Source of the DNA: Hypanus sabinus
Taxonomy: Eukaryota
NCBI RefSeq assembly: GCF_030144855.1
Contig: NC_082723.1
Coordinates: 54,684,001 to 54,748,000 of the forward strand
Length of the DNA stretch: 64,000 nt
Direction: 5' to 3'
Shown here: one piece after another, positions 13,427 to 26,624 of the stretch
Layout of the letters: each line of letters starts with the position of its first letter
How positions within the stretch are numbered: the first letter of the stretch is position 1
The notes under the pieces: model-generated
The model's database searches: none
Told to the model about the DNA's origin: nothing
The model's input: the letters and a program-made list of their open reading frames with translations, nothing else
Translations under genes and position numbers: made by a program

Positions 13427-14399
13427 GGATGTTCTGAGTGGTGAGGGTCCTTAATGATGGAAGCTGATTTTCTTAGGCACTGGTCCTTGAAGATGTCTTG
13501 GATACTACAGAAGCTAGTACCCATGATGGAGATGACTAATTTTATAACTCTCTGAAGCTTACTTCAATTCTGTGTAGTAGCCCCCACCCCAGACAGTGAT
13601 TAGCCCAACTTGACTGGTGTAGAGAATGGACAGCAAAGCTGCTGCCATCAAGTCCAGAGGTCAGCTGAAGTTGCCCCCCCCCTTAACTATTAAGATATTG
13701 ACCTGCCACTGTCCAATTACTTCAAGGTATCCTTGAAATGTAAACTCAATATGTGGACCATATGCGTTGACGCAGACAAAACAAAATGAAAAGAAGAGGA
13801 AGACCAGCCCTTTGGCAAATTGGAACGTCAGGACCACATACACAAGATTGACAGCTAAGCTACAGCTTACTGACAACACCTGCACAAAACCTGGGATTGG
13901 TACAGAATGGGAACTTCTCAACATTAGTGTAGGACTCCTTGAATAAGACAAGACTTGATGCAAGTTCGTTAATGTTTCAGTTGAATGTAAAAATTTGAGA
14001 TAAACAGGATTTTTAAGAAGCAGATTATGTAAGTCCACAAACATTTCTTAAATAGAAAAAGGCAATAAAGGAAAAAACACATTAAAGGTTCTGGGGAATA
14101 GTCAATGGATTGGGATCACACCAGTTAAACACAATTCATATTCAAGCTCAATTCTTACATAATTAAAAGAAAGTCAGATCAGAGATTGTTTTGTTATTGT
14201 TGCAGCAGGCCACAAGTCTAAAAGTTCAAATATCTCTGTGGCAAATAGATGTTTTTAAAAAGGTGGATTGGTGCCATGAAAATAAATATCCTGCCTCACA
14301 TAACGTGTATAGCATGTGTTATACATTAGAATGAAGTGGGCTTCAAACAACTTGGGACGAGCATAAACAGTACATTAACTTTGGTGTTGCACCTGTGTA

Positions 14400-15165
14400 C
14401 ATCGAATGTAAAGCAACAGTACACTGTTAAAGGGAAAGACCCTAACGAGTGTTGATAAGCAAGTTTACAGCTCTATGAAAGTGACTACATAGGTTGATAG
14501 GGTGGTTAAGAAGGCATATGGCATGCTTTGAGGCAGTGAGTTCAAATGTCAGGAAGTCATGTTTTACAAAACACCATACAGACACATCAGGAATATTGCA
14601 TACAGTTCCAGTCGCCCCATTATGTGAAGGATGTTGAGGCTTTGGAGAGGTTGCAGAAGTTTACCAAGATGCTGTAAGGACTGGAGGGCATGTGCTATAA
14701 TGAGAGGTTGGACAAACTTTGGTTGTTTTCTTTGGAGCAGCAGAGGCTGAGGAGAGATCTGACTGGGTTTATAAGATTATGAGGGCATAGATTGAGCAGA
14801 CAGATAGTACCTTTTTCCCTAGGGTTAAAAAATGTCTACTACCAGAGGACATGCACTTAAGGTGAGGGGGGCAAGTTCAAAGGAAATGTGAGGGGCAAGT
14901 TTATTTTATTGTATTTATTTTTTTTAAAACAGAGAGAGGTAGGTGCCTGAAGTGCTCTGCCAGGGGTGGTGTAGAGGCAGATGTATCAGGGACTTTTAAG
15001 AGTTGTTTAGATAGGCACAGACATGTGATGGAAATGGTAGGATATGGACATTGTGTAGGCAGAAGGGATTAGTTTAGTTGGCCATTTGATTACTAACTGA
15101 ATTGGTTCTGCACAACATTATGGGCCAAAGAGCCTGTTCTAGTGCTGTACTGTTCTATGTTCTAT
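14400..15165 (+). mobile_element. Degenerate CR1 LINE 3' fragment
   Basis: Nucleotide similarity to the 3' part of the 11-12 kb CR1; TGTTCTA tail. Confidence 0.75.
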
Positions 15166-15197
15166 CATCATTATGTGCTGTGTCATATGACGCAGGC

Positions 15198-15364
15198 CAG
15201 TGGTCCCCAACCACTGGGCTGCGAGGAAACAATATGATTTGGCGGTATGAAGCGTTAAGAGTCAGCTGCAGTGCAACTGACATATCGCTTCATATGGCCA
15301 AATCATATAGTTTCCTCGCAGCCCGGTAGCACATGCTTTGTGGCCTGGTGGTTGGGGACCACTG
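15198..15364. mobile_element. hAT (Charlie-like) MITE, 167 bp
   Basis: TIR CAGTGGTCCCCAACCAC; 8-bp TSD ACGCAGGC/ACGTAGGC. Confidence 0.85.
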
Positions 15365-15372
15365 ACGTAGGC

Positions 15373-15715
15373 AATCAAGGTCTATCCTTGACCATGATGG
15401 TTCTAGACAAATATTTCTACAGAAGTGGTTTGCCATTGCCTTCTTCTGGGCAGTGGCTTTACAAGACAGGTGACCCCAGCCAATATCAATGCTCTTCAGA
15501 GACTGTCTGTCTGGCATCAGTGGTTGCATAACCAGGACCTGTGATATGTACAAGTTGTTCATACGACCATCCACCATCAGCTCCCATGGCTTCACATGAC
15601 CCTGTTTGGGGGGGTGGGTCTAAGCAGGTGTTACACCTTGCCCAAGGGTGACCTGCAAGCTAGCAGAGGGAAGGAGTGCCTTACACCTCCTTTGGTAGAG
15701 ACTCATCGCTACCCC
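15373..15715 (-). mobile_element. SINE-like repeat with an RTE/BovB-type 3' tail; second copy at about 46905-47220
   Basis: Two similar copies in the window; GAAGGCAATGGCAAACCACT motif on the minus strand. Confidence 0.65.
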
Positions 15716-15898
15716 ATACCAAGTTCCTTTGGTAGAGATGTGTGTTCTATATTTAACCATATTCCAAGAAGAAACACCAACAAATTCTTACTTTGCACAT
15801 CCTTATTTCTAGAGAGTAACCTGCAATGTGATGATATATTTGTTAATTGTTGTTTATCATTACCACTGTTATTTATGGTCTCTGTGCTCTCACAATAC

Positions 15899-15945
15899 CT
15901 GTATCGAGATATGTTGTGTTTCTGTTTGCTTTGCAGTTTCCCCAT
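15899..15945 (-). CDS. WDR31: WDR31 first coding exon (MGKLQSKQKHNISRY-R)
   Basis: ATG at 15945. The peptide resembles human WDR31 MGKQQSKLKHSTYKY. Phase-2 donor AG|GTATTG at 15898; likely acceptor TTTCTCATAG at 16062, so the full exon is about 15899-16061. Confidence 0.88.
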
Positions 15946-16409
15946 GCCAGCAAAGCATCAACTGGTATCAGCTAACGCGCATGTGAAGAGCTTACTTGGT
16001 GACATGGTATCAGCTGCACTTAATGGCACCCTTCAACTCGATGCATGACAAAGTCCAGGCCCTATGAGAAAGGAAAATAAACTGTGCAGGAATCAAATTG
16101 AAGTCGCAGTTAAGTAGACTTCTTAAAACTTTAATTAGATACACATCTACAATGTTTCCAAAAATGTTTTGATAAATATCTTTTTGCAACAGGTTTATTT
16201 AAAGAATTTGTTATTTGAGATCAATAAAGTACTTATTATTAGTTATGTAGCCAAAGAAACTATAATTAGGTATCAGAATACATTAAAAGGAGCTATATAC
16301 ACAGCAAAGCTCCAACAATCCTGCATCTGACCATTCAGAATCCCGGCGGTACAATATTAGGTTCACCAGGTAATATTTGCTCCTTTCCTACTCACCAGGA
16401 ATTCCTTCC

Positions 16410-16728
16410 AATTTGGAGGAACACTAGAACTAGGGGACATAGCCTCAAGATTCAGGGGAGTAAATTTAGGATGGAGATGAGGAGGAACTGCTTTTCCCAG
16501 AGGGTGGTGAATCTGTGGAATTCTCTGCTCAATGAAGCAGTGGAGGCTAACCCAACAAATATATTAGAGACAAGGTTGGATAAATTTTTGCATAGTAGGG
16601 GAATTAAGGGTTATGGGGAGAAGGCAGGTAGGTGGAGATGAGTCCATGGCCAAATCAGCCATTATCTTATTGAATGGCAGAGCAGGCTTGATGGGCCAGA
16701 TGGCCTATTCCTGCTCCTATTTCTTAGT
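16410..16728 (+). mobile_element. CR1 3' end
   Basis: CR1 C-terminal coding remnant plus 3' UTR; closely similar 3' end at 57830-58018. Confidence 0.75.
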
Positions 16729-17340
16729 TCCCACATTACCAGTCAACTCACTGGGGCATTTCTTTTATGGCCCTCTTCTATCAGAATAGCTTCCAATTTT
16801 CCACATGCCATTGAAACTTAACTGCTTATTAGAAAACTTACTCAAATATGATATAGTGTTTAGAAAACAATGAATTAAAGATTTATTTGTGTAATAATAT
16901 CTAAAACTCTGGAAAACCTGCTAGTCCTGCACTGCCAAAATTCTGTCCTTGCCAAATCATTAGAGATCTACTGTAATTGCGGAGCATCAAAGTAAATGTT
17001 GTCTGCTGGCAACGTGTACAGAATGCAATGACCAAGACTGCATGATATTAAGGAAAATTATTGTTGCCTTATTTACTTAAATTATCTAGAAAAGTAAAAG
17101 CTAACCACATATAGTTACAAACTTGATGTCATGTACCATCATCTTTATCATTCTTCTAACATGGAGTGTGAACTTGGCACATAAAGTCTCCACATTTTCA
17201 AACCCAAAAGTGAGGGGGAGGTTGTTTACAGAAATGAAAGGGTTGGAATTAATATCACTGGCATATGTCATGAAATTTGTTGTTTTAGGCCAGCAGTACA
17301 TTACAAAACATTGTAATAAAAACTAAGTTACAATAAGAAC

Positions 17341-17409
17341 TATATATATATACACATATATACACACAGTACTATAAATTACAATAAGAACTATATATAT
17401 ACACTATAC

Positions 17410-17444
<35 letters not shown>

Positions 17445-17445
17445 T
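17341..17445. repeat. (TA)n/(CA)n compound microsatellite
   Basis: Direct observation. Confidence 0.85.
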
Positions 17446-17820
17446 GATTATTGCAAAAAGAAAGTAAAAAAAAGACAAAAAAGTCTTAACACACAATACC
17501 TTGAAAATTCAAAAAGTTCAAATTCATTAGGCTGAGGAAAATGACTGTCGACCTAGATACCGGACTATTTGTCAGGCTGATGGACCATGGGAGAATGCCA
17601 ATCTCAGTAAGTTCTTTGCTTTGTGACAAAAGTGTTATCATTGCAAATCCTTTTGCCGCGGACTGATCCGATCAACATCGCTTTCAATGTGTTGTGTTAG
17701 GATTACTGTCTGCCAGAATGTGGTAGGATATTCTACAGGATATTCCTAGGCTCTAATGTTCTTCATATCTGCAGCTACTCGGCAGAACAACGGTAACCGA
17801 CAGGACGGCATTGTGCTCTT

Positions 17821-18220
17821 ACCTTAACACAGCAACAGTCAAAGCGGTATACGCTATTCATTATCAACATGGGCTGCATCCTATTTATGTATCTACTTCC
17901 TCTCGAAGGACTGTTTCATTACAATTTCTATAATTTCCCCATATTTTCCAATCTATTCATTTCGATATGCATTTATTCTTCTTCGTCTCTGCATTTTTTT
18001 TAGACCCACCTGCTTGCTTTTGCTCGCACCTGGCAACGCCTCTCCGGTATCCAAGGGAGTCCCTCCCTCTAACCAGCCCCAAGCCGCTGCTTCCGGTCCG
18101 TCAAATTAACTCCTCCCATCGCCGTTTGGTGGGAGCGGGGGACGTATGGGGTGCAGGGCATTGCTCGCTTTGTGCCCTAACACCAGAAGCAAAGTGAAGG
18201 AAACGCAGCCAATTCAAACG
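17821..18220 (-). promoter_or_regulatory. Candidate WDR31 promoter / non-coding first exon
   Basis: Locally CpG-enriched unique sequence (about 18010-18210) upstream of a strong minus-strand donor AAG|GTAAGA at 17822. No transcript evidence. Confidence 0.4.
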
Positions 18221-18499
18221 CTTTCATTTTTTTAATACGTAAAGATGTGAAAATCAATTAGGGATAGATAGTAGTCGGTTCTGACTTTCATCAAATTAAC
18301 ACGTAAATAAATACTGATTAATTTAAAATAGATACATGGATCGAATTCGAGTTATTCATTGCCATATGCGCAAATACAGGTATGCAGTGCTTAATGAAAA
18401 ACTTGAGGCAGCAACTCAGGGACAGCATCAGATGCAAAACATACATAAAAATTATTTTTTAAGGAAGAACATAACTAGAACAAAAATACAGAACTTCAT

Positions 18500-20220
18500 T
18501 TCAGAATTCAGACTCAGGTTTAATATCACCGGCATATGTCATGAAATTTGCTGTTTTTTCTGCAACAGTACATTGTTAATAAAAAACTGAATTACAGTAA
18601 TATATATAATAGTTAAATCAAATAAGTAGTGCAAAAATGTAGTTCATGGGTTAAATGTCTGTTCAGAAATCGGATGGCAGGGGGGAAGAAGCTGTTCCTG
18701 AATCATTGAGTGTGTGCCTTCAGGCTCCTGTACCTCTTTACTGACATAACAATGAGAAGAGGGAATGTGCTCTATGGTGATATAGGGTCCTTAATGATGG
18801 ATGCCGCCTTTTTGAGGCATCACTCCTCGATTCGGCGCCAGCATGCAATGCTCCCTTGGTTGACATCTTCCAGATAGCTCATGAAAATGCCTTTTTTACT
18901 TCCTTTACATCTGTTTTTTTGCCTTAAGTGTGTTTCTGGACTGTTAGAGCCTGTGATTTACAGTTTGGAGGTTGACTGAGTGATCCAGCATTTTGCTGCC
19001 TCCAAGAAGATTCCGGCAAACAAGTTTGTACTCAAACAGCCTCAATGTGAAGAAACTTTGAGACGGGGCATGGGTTATTGTTTGACTCTATTTCGCCTGT
19101 TAAAGCATTCCTTAATCACTGATTAAAACGTTGAGGAAGATTGATATATTGAGGCGAATTCATAAGTCAAATGAGAGTTCAGCCAGCGCCGAATGCCTAC
19201 CTTTTGATTGCTGCTGGAGAAGGAATCTGTGAGTGGCCTCTCACCACGTGTCTCACTGTGGCAGGTGGGTAGGCCCCTCTGCCTCGTGTGCTTTCCCTCT
19301 TTGTTGAATGTCAGTGATATCTTAGGATGGTGTTGTGGTTCTGCGTCTATGGACTGGGTGTGGACATTTTCAGAATTATGGTTTTTATGTTCTGTGTTTC
19401 TTATCGCCCGTTCCTTTTCCGTTTTGTTGTGGGAAGGGAGGGTGTTTGGGGGTCGATGTTCCTGTTCCATTTTGTGCAGGGGAGGGGGGTTTTGGGGATT
19501 GATGATCAGGATGCTCTTCTTTTTTGTGCAGGGGGTGGGTTTGATGTTTCTCTCTGAATGACTTTCATGTCCTTTCTTTGTTTCGTGGCTAATTGGAGAA
19601 GACAGATTTCAGAGTTGTACATGGATACATGCTTTGTTAATAAATGAACCTTTGAACCTTTGAAGATGTCCTGGATGCTGGGGAGGCGAGTGGCCCCGAT
19701 GGAGCTGACTGAGTTCACAACATTCTGTGGCTTCTTTCGATCCTGTGCAGCAACCACCCCCCCCCCCCCACTTCATACCAGACACTGGCACAGTTATTGA
19801 GAATGCTCTCCACAGTACATCCCTAGAAATTAGCGAGTGTCTTTGGAGACATACCAGATCTCCTCAAACTCCTAGTGAAATATAGCCACTGTCTTGCCTT
19901 CTTTGTAACTGCATCAATATGTCGGGCCAGGATAGATCCTGAGAGATGTTGACACCCAAGAACATGAAACTGTTCTCTCTTTCCACTTCCACTCTGCTGA
20001 TGAGGACTGGTGCGTGTTCCCTCATCTTACCCTTTCAGAAGTCTACAATCAGTTCCTTGCTCTTCCTGACATTGAGTGCAGGGTTGTTTCTGCGACACCA
20101 CACAACTAGCTGATAACTTGCTCCTGTACACCTTCTTGTCACCATCTGAAATTCTGTCAACTATAGTCATGTCGAGAGCAAACTTACGGATTTGAGCTGT
20201 GCCTAGCCACACAGTCGTTG
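18500..20220 (-). mobile_element. Degenerate Rex1-like LINE with a nested plus-strand repeat (about 18830-19660)
   Basis: Same 3' sequence as 12880-13600; the nested repeat tail recurs at about 40400-40825. Confidence 0.6.
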
Positions 20221-20615
20221 TAGAATAGAACAGTACAGCGGAGTACAGGCCCATTGGCCTATGATATTATGCCTTCATATATTCACCTACTCCATGATCA
20301 ATCAAACCCTTCCTTCCTGCACAGCCTAATGCATAACTCTCCATTTTCTTACATCGATGTGCCTATTTAAGAGTCTCTTAAATGTCCCGAATGTACCTAC
20401 CTCTTCTACCAGCCCCAGCATTGTGTTCTAGGCACTCTCCACTCTGTGTTAAAAAAACTACCTTTGATATCTTCCCTACACTTTCCACTACTCACCTTGC
20501 AGTCTACATCCTATTTCAGCATCAAATTGTCAGTCCAAAGCCAAGAGCCAATTCACACCCGATTACACACGTCATTCAATGAGGACAATGTTAATCCTAC
20601 ATAACAGTTGACTAA

Positions 20616-21494
20616 GGTTACGTCCATACTACACCGGATAAATCCGTAACCAAAGCTTTTTCTCCGGTTTTCCCTCCGTCCACACAAAATGGCGTTTTCA
20701 TCCCCCAAGACCAGAGCTTTTCAGAAACACTTTCCAGGGTGGGTATTTTTGAAAACGCCGCCTGGGCAGATCAGTGTGGACAGGGTAACCAGAGAAATCT
20801 GAAAATGCTGTCAGAAGGCAGCGCACTATTTCATTGTTTTCTTGAACGCAGCCTATCAGTTTCAGAACAGACAGCAATGAGACTGAAGCCAGAACTATTA
20901 GAAATGTACTCAACAAATACTTTGACCCATAACTCACTGAATAAATAAGTATACTCACTTTGCCCTGTTTTCTGTCCTTGCTTGCATGAAGGTAGTTTAC
21001 CTATTTCTGCAAGTACTTCTCTGACAATAGATGTGTAACAGCCTAATGTAACATTGTATGGAAATACAAGATAACACTGATGCAGACATGTTTTACACAT
21101 TTAACAAGGTGCTTTATTAATGCAACAGAGTTAGTCAGTTTTTCAATATTCGTTGTCAGCCGGGTCATACTGTCTGTGAACTCCCTGTTGGTTGCCTCCA
21201 TATGCTCCAGTATTTGTGTTTTTTTACTTTAAGTCCTCCTGTGCGAGAGTCAACAGCTGCCCGTTGTTTAAGTTTTTCTAATCTGTAACTGAACAAATGC
21301 TCAGTGAGATTCAACACCAAGCATGTCGCCTGTTTTCGGTAATGTGTTCTGCGCATGCGCAGTAGCAGGAGATTCGCCAAAGTCCCTGTTTCAATGCGGA
21401 CAGAGATATTTTTTAAAACGCATAGTGTGGACGCCTATCATTTTTACGCGAAACCGGCATTTTCAAAATTATCTGGTCTAGTGTGGATGTAGCC
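20616..21494. mobile_element. Non-autonomous PIF/Harbinger-like DNA transposon
   Basis: Imperfect TIR GGTTACGTCCATACTACACCGGATAA / TTATCTGGTCTAGTGTGGATGTAGCC; 3-bp flanks TAA/CAA. Confidence 0.7.
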
Positions 21495-21660
21495 CAACAC
21501 AGCCCAGACAACAGTTATCACCAAATCAGATTTTAACGAGCCAATCACGGATTACATAATTGGTAACCAGTAGAAATGGCACATATACACACACACAGAC
21601 CGACTAATCACAGGACACATAAAAGACGAACAAAGTAGATCACCAACATTTCATTTGAAG

Positions 21661-21707
21661 TTGCACTGATGACGATGTTGCCCAGCTGGGTAACGAAATG
21701 CCTGCAA
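21661..21707 (+). ncRNA. Degenerate hammerhead motif of a second family
   Basis: TTGCA-CTGATGA-cgat-GTTGCCC-AGCT-GGGTAAC-GAAA-tgcc-TGCAA: stems I and II intact, cleavage triplet decayed. Confidence 0.55.
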
Positions 21708-22124
21708 GATAACGAGCCAGTCAACAACATCCACTCACCTTGATCCAATATGCTCTGGTATTGGCCATTGCCACCCTGGGAGCAAAAGGCCCTGGCTGTC
21801 CATTCTGTCTAGGCCTCTCAAAGTCTTATACATCTCCACCAAGTTGCCTCTCATCCTCCTTCACTCAAGGGGTCAATATCTCACCAAGTCAAACTTTCAA
21901 AGTGGTCTTAGGGTTGCTATACTGAGGTTATGCAGGTTAGTTCACAAACTGACTAGTTGAAGGGAAGTGGCTGTTCTTAAAGCTGTTGCTGTGGGATTTC
22001 AGGCTATCTCTTGGCCATGAGAAGTTGGCATGATGATTGACGTTGGCACCTCATGCAGGTACCACAGATAGTGGGGGTTTCTTTTGGCTCCGCTTTTACC
22101 ACTGAGGTTCGCCACCTCCACAAT

Positions 22125-22710
22125 CAAAGTTCAAAGTAAATTTATTATCAACGTGTATTATATACTGAGATTCATTTTCATGTGGGTGCTCACAGAAAAT
22201 ACAAAATAACATAATAAAATCAAGGGAAAACTGCACATAGCTTAGGCGGACAATTAATATGCAAAAGACAACATACTGTGCAAGTACAAAAATAAAAATA
22301 AAAGTAAATAAATAATCAATAAATATCAAGAACACAAGATGAAGAATCCTTGAAAGTTGTGGAATAGGTTCAGTGTTAGGGTGAGTGAAGTTGAGTTAAG
22401 TTCTCCCCACTGGTTCAAGGGCCTGATGGATGAGAAGTAACTGTTTCTGGACCTGGCGGTGTAGGACCTGAGACACTTGTACCTTCTTCCTGATGTCAGA
22501 AGCAAGGAAAGAGCATGGCCTGGATGGTGGAGGTCCTTGACGACTGATGCTGCTTTCCTGTGAGAGTGCTCCTCAGCGATGCACTCAGTGGAGGGGAAGG
22601 CTTTACCCATGATGGACTGGGCCATATCCATGACGTCTTGTAGGATTTTCCATTCAAAGGTATTGGTGTTTCCACACCAGGCTGTGATGCAGCCAGTCAG
22701 TATTCTCTCC
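22125..22710 (-). mobile_element. Rex1-like LINE 3' end joined to a plus-strand PLE fragment (22710-22825)
   Basis: ILTGCITAWCGN...HPGHALSLLLTSGRRY. Similar copies at 35010-35525 (+) and 51100-51590 (-). Confidence 0.7.
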
Positions 22711-24849
22711 AAGTGGAGCAAGTGCCACACCTGCCCCTACACCACCTCCCTCACTACCATTCAGGGACCCAAACCTTCCTTCTAGGTGAGGTGACACTGT
22801 GAGTCTGATGGGGTAACATACTGTAGTGGAGCCTGGTTCAAAGGGTCAGAAGGGCCTATTCTGTGCTGTGTCTTTAAGATAAAATAAACAAATAAATCCA
22901 ATTTTGAAATAGCGGTATAATGCAAAAGGATAAAATTATTATAAATAACAGAGATAGACAAATAGTGCAAACATTAGGGAGAATAATGGTAGTATTCGTG
23001 GACCATTCAGAAATAAAAAGTTTACAGCAGTCATTTGTATCTCCAAACTCAGCTGCTGGCCACTTAAAAACTTTACTTTGGCAACCTCCTCAGTGGCTCC
23101 TCTGCTGTGAAACACAGTGTCACTGTATTCCATCAGCCATTTCTTTCCCATTCTCCTAATCTAATTCCTTCTGTAGCCTCTCTACTTCCTCAAAACCACC
23201 TGCCCCTCCACCTATCTTCATTTTGCCTCCAAACTTTGCAACAAGGCCATCAATTCCATCATCCAAATCGCTGACATATAACGTTAAAAAGAACCAGTCC
23301 CCTGTGGAACTCCACTGGTCACTGGCAGCCAAGCAGAAAAGGCTCCCTTTATTCACTCTTTGCCTCCTGCCGATCAGCCACTGCTTTATCCATGTGTTCC
23401 TAGAATATCACCCATTCTCTTATATCTATATAAGAGAAATGCCCCTTTTCTCGTAAGTTAAGCTAATCTATGGGGTACGTTCATGAGGAGGGAGGGAGGG
23501 CAGGACGTGGATGGTTTGTGGGAAAATGAGGGTGTTGGATAGCTGTGATGCAAGGAAGGAGGAGCACGTGTCTCTACGTCTCCTTGAACCAAACAGGATC
23601 ATCCAAATAATCTTCTATTTATCAATTATCAAGCTCTTAGCACAACAGGTTAATGTGTATTAAGCATTTCATGTAGCTTTGAACTCATGAGATGGCAATG
23701 GAGGTATTTTGCTTCCTTTAAACGCATATGTTCCATCAAACCCTGAGATTGTCATGGGCCTCTGAGTTTACCCGTGAGGACTGGCAGGCTCTTTGTTTAA
23801 CATCTCAGCAAGTCTGAGGTTGCAGCGCTCATTCAACCACTTACTAATCCATTGTGGGCCAAAGGGCCTGTAAAATGCTGTAATGTTCTCCTTGGGTTCT
23901 GAAGTGACGGATAATGATAATTTCTTGCCGTCTTTATTGTCTTGATCCTTATAAGCACTATGTTGCTTGAACAAGTCATTGTGTATATCAAGCACACGTT
24001 CTGATAAAGTTAACACTGGGACTTGGGGGATAGCCAATTGTTGGCTATTTTGCACGTTAGGTTGAAAATATTGTATATAATTGCAGTGCCTTTCCTCAAG
24101 TTGTGAAAGCAGAGGCAAGATACATTTAATCCATTTGATTCTTGCACAAGTTGTTCTCACAACATAGAACACAAAAAAAACTTGCATTTTGGAATGAGCT
24201 TCCAGTAGAAGTGGTAGAGGCAGGTTCGATTTTTGTATTTAAAAAAAAAATTGGATAGGTATATGGACAGGAAAGGAATGGAGGGTTATGGGCTGGGTGC
24301 AGGTCAGCGGGACTAGGTGAGAGTAAGCATTCGGCACGGACTAGAAGGGCCGAGATGGCCTGTTTCCATGCTGTAATTGTTATATGGTGATATTTGTTTT
24401 GTGGCTTTTGACATTCAAACTGGAGTAGAGTCTCTGTTATAATTTGGCAGCTAAATATTCAGTGAACAAGGTCCCACAGATAACAAGGATATACTGGCTG
24501 GCTGACCTGTTTCAGTAATTTTGAAAACAGAAGTAGCTTGAAATGCTTAGCGGGTCAGGCATCATCTGCATTTCTCTTTCTGCTCATGCAGTCAGACCAG
24601 CCGAGTTCTTTTTCCAGCATGTTCGGTTTTAATTTCAATTTTCCAGAACGTAGATTTTATGTTCATTTATTGTTTTGGCACCGTGTGGAGGACAGATACT
24701 GGCCTTGAACTTGGGAAGAAGTTCCCTGCTTTCTTTGAGCATTACCCTGGGCTGAGTTTACCTGTGAGGGCTGACAGGATTCAGCAGACCTGACTGTGCA
24801 GCCCTCACTAGAATGATGGTCTGGAACTCACATTAGATATTACCTTGAA

Positions 24850-24899
24850 GAAAAAAAATACAAAGAACATTTTTCACATTGGCAAATCAAACCTTTATT
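24850..24899 (-). terminator. Probable GM2A polyadenylation signal (3' UTR about 1.7 kb)
   Basis: AATAAA at 24899-24894 followed by a GU/U-rich downstream element (TGTTCTTTGTATTTTTTTT). Confidence 0.55.
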
Positions 24900-26624
24900 T
24901 GGAAATAAATGCATTTCAACAAATCCAACAGGAAATTTCAGGTCCAGATTCCGGTACCTGCTTTAAACAGTCATTATTGACAGTTTTAACCATTTCTTTG
25001 CATACAATATGTGAAAAGTTACATTTGAGATTTTAAAATATCTACTGACTGCAGTAAAAAATACATATAACCTAATATCTTTCCCACTAATAGAAATTGC
25101 CAGATTCCATCACAAATACAAAAAAACCCTTTAAAATCAGACTTCTAATCTCCTGGAGTGCTGATTGTAGTCCATGAAACATTGAAAAGATAAGTAAATC
25201 TGTCAAATGTAATTTTCAACATCCATCTCATCTTCACCAATGAGAAGTTTGCTTAACAGTACATGCTGTCTGTGCAATTTTGCTTTTGTAATCTGAAGCA
25301 CATTTTATTAAGACAGAACTGACCATGCTGTAAATATTTGAGGTATGCAAACAAAATTTTTAACTTGGAAAGCAATAGTTCAATAAGGGGTTTCATTAAC
25401 AAATTAGTCAGTCAGATGGGGACAACAAAAACAAAAAGAAGTAATTGGCAAATAACCCACAAGCAGGATCTGGAGATTTGTTTTTAAATACTGCAAATTT
25501 TCATGACCTGGAAGGGTGAAGCAAACAGAACCATGGAACATCACAGCACAGAAACGGGCCTTTTGGCCCTTCTTGGCTGTGCCGAACTAGTCATAATTTC
25601 CAAAAGAGACTTGGGTACATAAATTAAAGGAAGAAAAAAAAACCGCACGAGTGGTGACAGAGAAGGGAGGTTACTTGAAAGGCCGATTCAGAGGGCCGGT
25701 ACATATGATATGGGACAAATGGCCTGCCTCTGTAATGGACAATTCTAGGTGGGTTGCTGTGGTCATTGTGGTTCACAGGTTTTTTTCACTTATCCAACAG
25801 GAAGGGTTGGGGATCTTATAATTTTACTCAAAGCACATGCAAAGTTGGCAGGGAGGCCTTTACTTATCTGGTGGGTTAGTGTGAAACAAATCAGAAACAT
25901 TTGCTGTTCTGAAGGCCAAAAGTGATATTTGAGACCAGCTCTATTGGCACACAGTCCCCTCATTTCAGGCTGAAAGTGTTCTCATGGGTTAGTTTCTGAA
26001 CAGTTAAAATACTGATGGGAATAGAGGGTATTTCGATCTGACTGTGAAAGAAACTACTGTGATTCTACTATATGGAAAACTGTTCCACTGAGACTAGGTT
26101 TCTGGTTCTTGCTTCCACACCTCTGTTCAAATGTGGAGTAGCACCAGAGCTAAGCACAGCATCTGATAGATCAGGAGCTCACAAATTAATCATCTCATCT
26201 GTACCCTATTCTTTCCAAAACCAAAACTCCCCCCCCCCCCCAAGGCAAGAATGGTGAGTGTTAGGGGAGAGCAAGATGCTACCAATAGCAACAGTTTACT
26301 TCAAATGCACCTGATCATGAAGAACTTCCATCATTTGCAATTTTCCTCTGGGACTGGGACAGACTGTGTTCTTTTAACAGTTGGCCCTTTACATGTGCTA
26401 AATGAAACCAATTTTGGTGAAAAGGTTGGAAGCTGAAATAACAAAATAACACTGCTACAGAACAACTATTATGGTCAGAAGAAAGAAGGAAAAAAGAACA
26501 AATTAAACGCCTTATTGTTCTTGGAAAACTTGGCAGACAGAAGTAAACAAAAAGCAGTGCGGATGATTTCTTGAGTTGTGTTTTCAAGAAGCTTATGAGA
26601 AGAAATTACACTTGATTGATCTGA

